Made by a program: the position numbers and the translations under genes
Shown here: in pieces, positions 56,258-64,000 of the stretch
How the letters are laid out: each line of letters begins with the position of its first letter
Numbering within the stretch: the first letter of the stretch is position 1
Assembly (NCBI GenBank): GCA_049675585.1
Contig: JBAUAJ010000035.1
Location: 4,198-68,197 of the forward strand
Origin: Thermoplasmata archaeon
GTDB taxonomy: Archaea; Thermoplasmatota; Thermoplasmata; Lutacidiplasmatales; UBA184
Reading direction: 5' to 3'
Length of the DNA stretch: 64,000 bases
The notes under the pieces: generated by a model
The model's database searches: none
What the model saw: the letters and a program-made list of their open reading frames with translations, nothing else
What the model was told of the DNA's origin: nothing

Positions 56258-57697
56258 TCAGGGCTTGGTGGTCGGCCCCTCAACATTCGAGGGCGCCGAA
56301 GGCGGAGAGGCCGGGGGACGGGCTCGGCCTGACGAGCGGCGCCAGAACAGAACGCCGCCGATCACTACGACCGCGGCAACCGCCGCGACCGCCACGAAAA
56401 GTAGCGGGAAGCCGCCGCCGTTCGAGGGCGAGGCAGTGATCGACTGGTACTGGGCCAGCGCGACGTTGACGGGCTCCGGCCCGGCCGTTACGTGGACCGT
56501 GGGGGAGAGCTCCCCGGGTTCGCTCGAGGGGAGAGAAGTGTTGCCGCCCTCGCCGACGCCGATGAAGCCTGACCCCGCACGGTAGTACGCGGACTCGGAG
56601 GACGCGTTCAGCCCGTTCGAAGAGGCCGTTTCGCGGACCGCGGGGATGGGCGCCGCCCCGTGCGCGATCGCGAGGGATGTCAGGCTGGAGATCCCACCGA
56701 ACAGATTGAGCGGGACGATGACCCAGCCGTCTTCCGCCGAGTAGTTCCCCGTAGAGAACGTGAGGTCGATGATCTGGGCCGTTACGACCGTTGGCGGGGC
56801 CGTGTAGTTGTCGTAGAGGGTGATCGGCCCGAGGTCAGTCCCGTTCAGCCCGAGGGTTCCCGAAGGGCTGGTCGCCCCGTGGTACCAGTGCGACACCGTC
56901 TCGGGGGGCATGCCGGGCTTGCTCAAGGTGAACGTTGAGCCGTTCGAGTAGGAGCCGTGGGCCACGTACGCTGCGCTCGAGTTCCACAAATCGCCCGCCG
57001 CGGGGTCCATCGGGACCAGGGAGAGGGGGCTGGCGAACGAGATCGAGGACGTTTCGGAGCCGCCGACATCGAAGGAGGCGCTGACCGATTCTGATTTCAC
57101 GTCCGACAGCGGAATGTGCGCGGCGTAAGAGCCGCTGAAGTTCAACGCGGCTTTCGACCAGGAGTTCATGATCGCCCACGACGGCACGCTACCGGTCGGT
57201 CCGGCGCTCGCGTTCGTCTGATCGACCGTGCTATTCGTGATGTTGGTGTAGCCGTTCGAGGACTCCGATCCCGAAACCGAGACGTCGAACGAGGTTACTT
57301 GACAGGGAATCGTTCCGGTGCCGTTGGTGCAGGTCGAGATCTTGATCGAGGCCGAGATACCAATAGCCGCCTGAACCTCGATCTGGACTTGGGTCGCGGA
57401 GATGTTCGTGAGCGTGTAGATGACCGCCCAGGTCACAGAGTAGTGCCAGCTCAGGCTCAGGTTACCCACGGGCGTGGCGTCCGGCGCAAAGCAGGTGGCG
57501 TTCGAACAGCTGAAGCTCGAAGAAACCGACCCGCCGAATGCTCGCTGAACCGGAGCTCCGGAGGTATCTGTAATCGTTCGTGCCGGATGGATTGCGGCCG
57601 CCGCCCCGACACCGGCTTGGGCAAAGCCAAGGGTCAGCATTCCGACGACCAGGAGGACCAAGGCGACAGTCTGGCACTTACTGTACAACGGCTTCAC
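56258..57697 (-). CDS. Sequon-rich surface protein with a signal peptide and a C-terminal TM anchor
   Basis: MKPLYSKCQTVALVLLVVGMLTLGFAQAGVGA. Many N-x-S/T sequons. C-terminal GGGFPLLFVAVAAVAAVVVIGGVLFWRRSSGR plus a Pro-rich tail. Confidence 0.6.
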   Translation of the reverse strand: MKPLYSKCQTVALVLLVVGMLTLGFAQAGVGAAAAIHPARTITDTSGAPVQRAFGGSVSSSFSCSNATCFAPDATPVGNLSLSWHYSVTWAVIYTLTNISATQVQIEVQAAIGISASIKISTCTNGTGTIPCQVTSFDVSVSGSESSNGYTNITNSTVDQTNASAGPTGSVPSWAIMNSWSKAALNFSGSYAAHIPLSDVKSESVSASFDVGGSETSSISFASPLSLVPMDPAAGDLWNSSAAYVAHGSYSNGSTFTLSKPGMPPETVSHWYHGATSPSGTLGLNGTDLGPITLYDNYTAPPTVVTAQIIDLTFSTGNYSAEDGWVIVPLNLFGGISSLTSLAIAHGAAPIPAVRETASSNGLNASSESAYYRAGSGFIGVGEGGNTSLPSSEPGELSPTVHVTAGPEPVNVALAQYQSITASPSNGGGFPLLFVAVAAVAAVVVIGGVLFWRRSSGRARPPASPPSAPSNVEGPTTKP

Positions 57698-58138
57698 GTG
57701 AGGTACGCCCCGAAATTGAATGTCGGGATGGGGGTAAAGAACCTATGGACGGCGGTATGCGGAAGTTTCGCACGGTTGCGTTGACCTAGCCCGCAACCTG
57801 TGAACCCAAAATATCGACCTGTAGATTCGCGTCCTATTCACCCGCAGGTAGGTACAATCGATGTGGAACACTTGAGTAGAGTTCGACCGGGAAACCGACT
57901 CAATAGGGGCCGTTTTCGACTGAAATCAAAGTCGGCCAAGGGAAAGGCACTGAGGATTCGAATCTTTGTGGGTCTAGGTTGTATTCGGGGCCGCAACAGA
58001 CGGAGGCGATCCACCTGCTTTCCGGAAGAGAGAACCTTACCATGTCGCCGACAGTAGCGGGTCGCATCTGGAGGTTCAGGATGCCCGGGGTCGGGTAGAA
58101 TCCGGCTCGCCCTTTAGAAAGGCCGCCTGCCAGGTTCC

Positions 58139-58221
58139 AGTTATAATCTAACTCAGCCGTTTGCGCACGTAAAAAATATCGACAATGGGTTCTTAAATAT
58201 AACCGGAGTAAACAACTCCGG
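58139..58221 (+). promoter_or_regulatory. AT-rich TATA-like boxes and a perfect hairpin upstream of the giant ORF
   Basis: AGTTATAATCTAA (58139-58151), GTAAAAAATATC (58169-58180) and CTTAAATATAA (58192-58202). Hairpin CCGGAG-TAAACAA-CTCCGG at 58203-58221. Confidence 0.35.
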
Positions 58222-58439
58222 ATTCCCCCAGAGACCCACATCTCGGGGTCGGTCCAGGAAGGCAGGTCATGGCTGACCAGTGTGCGACTCGAGGGAACGC
58301 ATCCGATGACCAACAGTTCGAGTACGTGTACGAAGAATCCAGTACCAACAAGCAACGGTTCAGGTCATCAGATCGGGAATGTCAGCAGCAGAAATCTCAC
58401 TTCCGCACTGCGGGGTGGCCCGTTCGACCATCGCGGTGG

Positions 58440-61400
58440 ATGTCGGGAAGGACCGCTAGTTTGGTCGTGTTTTGCATATTTCTGCTCATTTCTACTGCGC
58501 TGGTGCCGAACGCAGCGGCCTCCGGAGGTGGAGGATCGGGTGGAGGTGGCTCATTTGAAGTGTCAAATAACACAACGGGCCCCATTTTTTACCCTTATTC
58601 CATTCCCGGATCGCTCTTCCCTCTGCCAACGAGCCTCACCCTCTTCTCTCAGGCGAGCCAAACTGACCAAAATCATGGCTCGTCGAACGGCTCAGTCTCC
58701 TCTGTCGCCGCCGGGGTCGCTTCCACTCCGTTAGGTGCAGATGTATCTAGCTTCGCCGTCATTGTGGCCCTGACGAACTCCTCGAGCGCCTCCGAGACTG
58801 GCGTCCTCGTCTTCTCGACCTCCACTTACAGTGCGCAGGACGCGACCCAGATTGTTGATTCGGGGTCATGTGGGCCAAATTGCGCTGACACACCCATTAC
58901 TTGGTCGCCATGGGTCCGAATTGCAAGTTACACTCATCCAATCACGAGTGAGGGAATCGCTTCATCGGGCACTTCTCTAGTCGCGGCTGCAACCTCAAGT
59001 GGCATTACTTACCTCTACAATTGGTCGGGAGTCGCTGGGAACTGGGCAAGCTTTGGACCTACCATTGCGGGCCGATTCGCTTCCATTGCAATGAATTCTC
59101 AAGAAGTGGTCGTTGCGTCGGTATCTTCCGATTCCGTCGAGCTGACAACGATCTCCTCAAGTGGGGCCCTGATCGGCCAATCCATGATATCACCCTCGGG
59201 AGAAGGAGCAACGGGCATCCTCAGCGCGGGCGTAGCCCTTACCGCGTACTACGCAACCTATCTTGAATCAGTGGCGTTTTCCGTCTCCGGGCTAGACAAG
59301 GTTGAGTTCTCTGATAGTACTACCGGAACTGGGTTCAGCTACCCGGTCCCCATCGCAAATTTCTCCGTGAGCGCCTTGGCTACCCCTATCTCCGAATTCG
59401 GAAGAGCGTCCTACGTTGACGCCCACGGAATCCCGGGCCAGCTCGCGTTAACTGCCGTGGGAAACCAGCTATTTCTACTGTACACCACGAACCAGTCCGG
59501 CCAAACCATCCCGCTTACTGAGTCGAGCGGATCTAACGGCAGTTCTTGGCACGGGCCGTACATGAACGGCCCTCTCAACGGAACGGCTCTTAACCCGGCC
59601 GTTACAATAGGGCCAACCGGACTTGTCTACGCGGCTTGGCAGAACCCCGATTACGGTCTGGGAGCCGTGGAGGTGGCGACCTACTTTTCCAACGGGATGC
59701 CCCTGATTGCTCCAGAGACGCTAGCGCCCTCGTCCGGTAACTGGAGCTCACCCACCGCGGGGCCAGCTATCTCCGTTGACGGGCTCGCACGCCCCCTGGT
59801 GCTTTGGCCGGCGTGGTCGATGAACTTGACGGGTTCTATATCGTATACGGGGGCCTACCTGGATCCTAGAGATGCGCTGGAATTGCTTGAGAACTCGACT
59901 GTGGTTTCCCTAGGCTCTGCCGATCTCGTAGGAGGCTCCAAAACCGGGTCGACGGCGCTTTCCTCACTCGCGACCAACGTCACCCGAGAAACGAGCCGAG
60001 CCGAGGCGAATCTTACTTCCGTTGGGCTCTGCAACGCTCAGCGAGCCACCGCACTCTTTCTCTATCAGAATCTGACCCACGTTCCCCTTTCGGTCGAATC
60101 CGACTCAGGGACAACTTGTTCGAGTCGTTTCGACCCTAATCTTGCAGCCTCACAAGTGTCAGAATCACAGGGACAAGACTCGCCGAACACTTACATGGCC
60201 GTATACCTAGACTGGGCTCTCGAGGGTGAGGGGGTCACAGTTACGGTTTCTCCTCTGAGCCTGGTGGCGCAATTTAGTCCGTATACTGAGGTCACTCCTG
60301 CCACGACCATTCCGAATCCCGTCTCGCACACCGAGACTGTTTCCTCGAAAACTGTATCTGCAACCGTGACGCCGTCACCCTACAGCCCGACGTCGTACGA
60401 ACTCGGAGTCTCGGATTCACTCCCCACTTGGACAAGCTTCTCGTCTGCCCGGTGCTCAATGTCGGGAGGGGGCTGGGGGGTTGTAGTCATCAGCAAGACG
60501 ACTTCTGTTACTAGCACCTGGGCTGACGTCTCGATCAACAACGGCACAAATCACAACATCTCGGGAACTACCGCCTACCCGTCCGTATGGGTTTACAATC
60601 TACCCGCATATCGATCATTCTCTTGGACCGAACGGTTCGGTGCACGAACCGGTGAGGTGGAGACAACCACTGACTCATGTGATCACTCTACAACAACCCA
60701 GACTATTTCCCCAGTGACACTGGGACCGTCTTCGATCACTCAGTTTGTGCTGACCGGATCCTTCGCGACGACACTCTCCATCACGTATGTCGGGAATTTC
60801 CTCACTGCATCGTACAACGGATTACACACTGAGGCACGAATCTCGACTGGCTATGGGATGACATTGCCGTCCACGGCACAAGAGACACTATCGAATTCAA
60901 CGGGTGTCCAGTACTGGAATTCAACCACATTCGGAACCAGCCAGTTCAATGAGTTTCCCAAATACTCACCTGCCGGTGTCGGATACACTTTCCGAATCAC
61001 GAGCCTGAGCCGTCCCGGGTCAAACAGCCCGGCAGGATCTCCTGCCTTTGCATACAGCGTGGCCGGTGTTAGCCCGGCGGAATCCTCGCGGGCCACCTGC
61101 GGTTTCACATTGACGAGGAATCTACCCAATGTTTCAAGCCCGTCCACAGGGCCGTTTTGGAACACTGAAAGTACCTCCATCGACGCGTCTTGGTACTCCA
61201 ACCAGAGCGCATCAGGGTACATCACCTACCACGCGATTGGGTCTCCTATTTCTACGACCATCTCGGGAATCACGCCGATCAGCGCTGGGCCGAATCGATG
61301 GAACTACACAGTTGAGTTGCACGGTCTTCAGCCCTGGGTCTCCTACGCTGCAAACCTCGGAGTTTCTTGGACGCAGGGTTGCCTAACGAACCAGGATGGG

Positions 61401-64000
61401 GTGACAACCCAGGTCGATTTCGGAGGGAGCGACCCTCCATTTGTTCCCGAGCCCTCCGCAGGATCTGCTCCCAGCATGGACAAGAATTGGGCTTCCGAGC
61501 AGGACCTCAGTTACAATTCATTGACTCGTGCCGGCGGTGGAGTCGAAATCAGCTGGAACATTCCGATATCCGGACCTTTCGTAAGCGGCAGTGTGAAAAT
61601 TTGGAATGCTACTCAGGCATTCTCCTACTCACTTAATTCGACCACTATAGAAGGGACTAAGGGAAGTGGTCTGATAGATCTCTTCCCGACGCTAACTTCG
61701 AATCATAAGTACTCGTTCACTGTTACAGCGGTATACGACAAACCCTTCTACTGTCCCCCTCCGGGTGGCTGTGTGAAACCCTCCAGCATCACTTCCTCAA
61801 CCAAGAAATTTACCTACCACTTCGATCAGAGCAAGGACGGACTGACCAATGCGGAGAAGCAAACAGGTTGGTACGTACCCCTCGCTTCGGGTCCTGACCT
61901 CGTTACTCCCAGCCCGTCGAGCTTTTCAACGAATGGGTTGGCTAACGATTACCTGGAGGACGTCTATGGCCTCAATCCGAATACAGTCGACTCCGCTGGG
62001 AGCGGAATGCTCGATCTGTGGAACCTAACCTTTGCTCTTGGCACAAATTCCACCAATCCAGGGGTACCTGAACCGAGACTCAACGGTGTGGTCGATAAGA
62101 GTTTCTTCGCGCTGTCTTCAGAGGAAGGCACGCGATTCGACCCGTTTTCCGGAAAACCCTCACCAAACGACACGACTTGGCCGGGAACCCCCATTAAGAC
62201 AGGCACGAACGACCAGGGCATCTCGGACATCCTGTGCGTCAGGTCTCATTGTTTGGCCAATTCGTCTTATTCTGCTGAAGTACTTTGGTCTCGAACCGCC
62301 CTACTAAAACTTCTCAATACGACAGGAATAGCCGGACCCGAAGGGGCAGCCTCCAATGGAGGCTCCCTGCGTGGGATTCTCGGTACGTACGGAACGCAAC
62401 GGACTCTAACTCTCTGGGGCAAACTTTCGTGGGGTGCGGATCCATACGTGGTGTCGACACCTGGAGATGGAATCCCGGACGGTGCGAGTATAGATCCGGC
62501 ACATGAACTCGGTCTCGAAACATATTTTGAGAGAGCTCCTCCACAACCGCCAGCTCTCGGAGGCTACGGTATTTTGCTGAACCCGAACGACACTTCCGGG
62601 GGATGCGGAAATCTTCCCGACGGCTCAGGTATCGCCGTACGGCCATCCATACCTGACGCTGTGGTAAGTGGTAGGGTCGGGCTCGATAACTACACCGCAC
62701 AATTCACTGCAGGTGGCTCAGGTTGTCCCGTAAGTGGAGAGTCCTACATTACAACTCTTCCGGTTAACCAAGAGCTCATCTCTGAGCCGGTTTCCCTTGG
62801 ACTGGTCGCTAATATTTCCACGAGCCGCACGCCAGAACTGGAGAGTTTGGCGATCAACGGTTGTCGAACCGAAGTGAACCTGACTGTCAACATGCTCGCT
62901 CCAGCTCCAGTCAGCCAGTCGGGGACTGCGTACTACTCTTATTGGGGAAATTCAAACGGTCAGTGCTCGGGGAGTATGGGGGCAAGGACTGCGATAGACC
63001 TCGGGATTCGCCTTGTTTCTGTAGGGGTCAAATCGCCCACATACCTTTGGTTGCCCGATGGTAATCAGACCCTCACCCAACTTCCGGCGGGCTTGCAACA
63101 CTTCGTTGGCGAGCAGGATTTCGTGGAGGTCGAGGTGAACTACAACTATCCCGGGTGCGGTTTCGCCTTCTTCGCATCGAACGAATGCAGAGGCGTGGCG
63201 AGCAGCGATATTCCTTTTCCAGAGTCGCCCAGAGGCACTTATAATGTAACGTTCGCAGCAGGAGTTACCAATCTTCTCATTCCGAGAGTTGGATTCTTCG
63301 CCTCCGATTTTGGTCAAGCGATCTTCAAGGACGGGTCAATCAGGTACACTGGCCCTAACACACTTCCCATCCTCGGCTCCGGCGGCGTTACCCCTCCGAA
63401 TTTTGGTGGAGCGAATGGTATGCGAAACCTTGCTTGCTATTGGCAGAACCGAACTATCGAACCAGCAAGTGGCGGGGCACTCTGCAGCACTGAATTGGGA
63501 GTGGGGTCGAAATCTCCCGCAATAGTTTCAGTCCTCACTGCGACGCAGAGTGTATCAGGCAACACTGGGGGATTGACAAGCGGCGCTACGGTCGAGCCCG
63601 CGTCAGCCGCGGGTGCATCCGTCCAAGCCATAGTGACCTTGACACTCAATCTATCGGGGAACAATTTCAAGGACGCAGACCTCCTTCTGGCCTCGCTCCT
63701 TGATAACTCGACCGGCGGAGTGAACGGATCGTTCGAGAATATCACGGGTCAGACCGCCACCCTAGGATTCTCGAGCGCCGTTCTATCCACTCTAGCAAAT
63801 AATGCCGAGGTTAGTGATGGGATTTGGGGCGTTCCCGTAAGCCGTGCCACGCCTCCTCAGCAATCAAAAGGAGCATTGGAATCTGCTTGGAACACGGTCA
63901 GCGGGATCGGAACGTTCGTCGTCAAGTCAGAATCGGTTATAGTCGGTTACATATGGTCTGCAACGAAGGCAGGATTGGACTTCTTAGGCGAAATCGGGAA
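58440..64000 (+). CDS. Giant secreted S/T/N-rich protein, 3'-truncated by the window end (over 1,853 codons). Not in the supplied ORF track
   Basis: I translated frame 0 by hand line by line and found no stop from 58269 to 64000. ATG 58440 is followed by MSGRTASLVVFCIFLLISTALVPNAAASGGGGSGGGGS (signal-like). An alternative start is ATG 58269. Two FN3-like modules, TSP3-like acidic motifs and about 30 or more N-x-S/T sequons by eye. GC3 is near 50%, against about 85-90% in the rest of the window (eye estimates). Confidence 0.8.
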   Translation, partial: MSGRTASLVVFCIFLLISTALVPNAAASGGGGSGGGGSFEVSNNTTGPIFYPYSIPGSLFPLPTSLTLFSQASQTDQNHGSSNGSVSSVAAGVASTPLGADVSSFAVIVALTNSSSASETGVLVFSTSTYSAQDATQIVDSGSCGPNCADTPITWSPWVRIASYTHPITSEGIASSGTSLVAAATSSGITYLYNWSGVAGNWASFGPTIAGRFASIAMNSQEVVVASVSSDSVELTTISSSGALIGQSMISPSGEGATGILSAGVALTAYYATYLESVAFSVSGLDKVEFSDSTTGTGFSYPVPIANFSVSALATPISEFGRASYVDAHGIPGQLALTAVGNQLFLLYTTNQSGQTIPLTESSGSNGSSWHGPYMNGPLNGTALNPAVTIGPTGLVYAAWQNPDYGLGAVEVATYFSNGMPLIAPETLAPSSGNWSSPTAGPAISVDGLARPLVLWPAWSMNLTGSISYTGAYLDPRDALELLENSTVVSLGSADLVGGSKTGSTALSSLATNVTRETSRAEANLTSVGLCNAQRATALFLYQNLTHVPLSVESDSGTTCSSRFDPNLAASQVSESQGQDSPNTYMAVYLDWALEGEGVTVTVSPLSLVAQFSPYTEVTPATTIPNPVSHTETVSSKTVSATVTPSPYSPTSYELGVSDSLPTWTSFSSARCSMSGGGWGVVVISKTTSVTSTWADVSINNGTNHNISGTTAYPSVWVYNLPAYRSFSWTERFGARTGEVETTTDSCDHSTTTQTISPVTLGPSSITQFVLTGSFATTLSITYVGNFLTASYNGLHTEARISTGYGMTLPSTAQETLSNSTGVQYWNSTTFGTSQFNEFPKYSPAGVGYTFRITSLSRPGSNSPAGSPAFAYSVAGVSPAESSRATCGFTLTRNLPNVSSPSTGPFWNTESTSIDASWYSNQSASGYITYHAIGSPISTTISGITPISAGPNRWNYTVELHGLQPWVSYAANLGVSWTQGCLTNQDGVTTQVDFGGSDPPFVPEPSAGSAPSMDKNWASEQDLSYNSLTRAGGGVEISWNIPISGPFVSGSVKIWNATQAFSYSLNSTTIEGTKGSGLIDLFPTLTSNHKYSFTVTAVYDKPFYCPPPGGCVKPSSITSSTKKFTYHFDQSKDGLTNAEKQTGWYVPLASGPDLVTPSPSSFSTNGLANDYLEDVYGLNPNTVDSAGSGMLDLWNLTFALGTNSTNPGVPEPRLNGVVDKSFFALSSEEGTRFDPFSGKPSPNDTTWPGTPIKTGTNDQGISDILCVRSHCLANSSYSAEVLWSRTALLKLLNTTGIAGPEGAASNGGSLRGILGTYGTQRTLTLWGKLSWGADPYVVSTPGDGIPDGASIDPAHELGLETYFERAPPQPPALGGYGILLNPNDTSGGCGNLPDGSGIAVRPSIPDAVVSGRVGLDNYTAQFTAGGSGCPVSGESYITTLPVNQELISEPVSLGLVANISTSRTPELESLAINGCRTEVNLTVNMLAPAPVSQSGTAYYSYWGNSNGQCSGSMGARTAIDLGIRLVSVGVKSPTYLWLPDGNQTLTQLPAGLQHFVGEQDFVEVEVNYNYPGCGFAFFASNECRGVASSDIPFPESPRGTYNVTFAAGVTNLLIPRVGFFASDFGQAIFKDGSIRYTGPNTLPILGSGGVTPPNFGGANGMRNLACYWQNRTIEPASGGALCSTELGVGSKSPAIVSVLTATQSVSGNTGGLTSGATVEPASAAGASVQAIVTLTLNLSGNNFKDADLLLASLLDNSTGGVNGSFENITGQTATLGFSSAVLSTLANNAEVSDGIWGVPVSRATPPQQSKGALESAWNTVSGIGTFVVKSESVIVGYIWSATKAGLDFLGEIG

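Noticed and set aside
56258-56360. Possible PGF-CTERM/archaeosortase signal (GGGFPLLFVAV...WRRS) on the 479-aa surface protein
   Set aside because: The motif is GGF rather than PGF, and about 25 further residues follow the basic cluster. It looks like an ordinary TM anchor with a cytoplasmic tail.
57955-57964. GATTCGAATC, reminiscent of a tRNA T-arm (GGTTCGAATCC), as a possible tRNA or att remnant at the GC break
   Set aside because: The flanking bases cannot form a T-stem on either strand, and no acceptor, D or anticodon arms could be drawn. It is simply a 10-nt palindrome. It should still go through tRNAscan.
57800-58355. ORFs inside the AT-rich spacer (57800..58057 +, 85 aa; 57900..58355 -, 151 aa)
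   Set aside because: They have basic or odd composition, no motifs and no codon bias, and they overlap each other. They are more likely non-coding promoter DNA. A decayed gene remnant cannot be excluded.
60851-61225. Short ORFs within 59-64 kb on both strands (for example 60851..61225 -, 62314..62700 -, 62952..63317 -, 61129..61386 +)
   Set aside because: All are out of frame with, or antisense to, the uninterrupted 5.5-kb frame-0 ORF, and all are under 130 aa.
1-64000. CRISPR arrays, rRNA genes, transposases and integrases
   Set aside because: No regularly spaced direct repeats, rRNA-like conserved stretches or recognisable transposase or integrase motifs were seen on either strand. The only tandem repeats are in-frame protein modules and a (GGN)n tract.

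Overview
High-GC window (by eye about 65-70% GC up to about 57.7 kb, with strong G/C preference at codon position 3). It looks archaeal and probably Thermoplasmata-like. This is an inference from two thermopsin-type peptidases, an archaeal-type triosephosphate isomerase that aligns well to my recollection of the M. jannaschii enzyme, a UPF0330-type VapB, and TATA-like boxes about 25-30 nt upstream of many start codons.

Content falls into three groups:
1. A large set of secreted or membrane-anchored proteins: a sedolisin S53-like peptidase, two thermopsin-like peptidases and three YVTN beta-propeller proteins. All six carry copies of one ~80-aa module, FxESGLPxGxxWSVTL, with more than 30 copies across the six genes.
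2. Housekeeping and metabolic genes: M1 aminopeptidase, msrB plus a MOSC protein, a K+-channel-like protein, satP-like, acs, tpiA, a glycogen cluster (GT4 synthase, GH57, GH15), dehydrogenases, VOC and HAD proteins, a ComA-like enzyme and a vapBC pair.
3. A right-hand locus (51-64 kb) of co-oriented surface-protein genes facing an AT-rich spacer.

Beyond that spacer lies the most notable item. A stop-free reading frame runs from 58269/58440 to the last base of the window (more than 1,850 codons). It is absent from the supplied ORF track, presumably because it has no in-window stop, and its GC and GC3 are much lower than the rest of the window.

Many long listed ORFs are Arg/Gly/Pro-rich antisense or shadow frames typical of high-GC DNA and were rejected. 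No rRNA, convincing tRNA or CRISPR array was seen.
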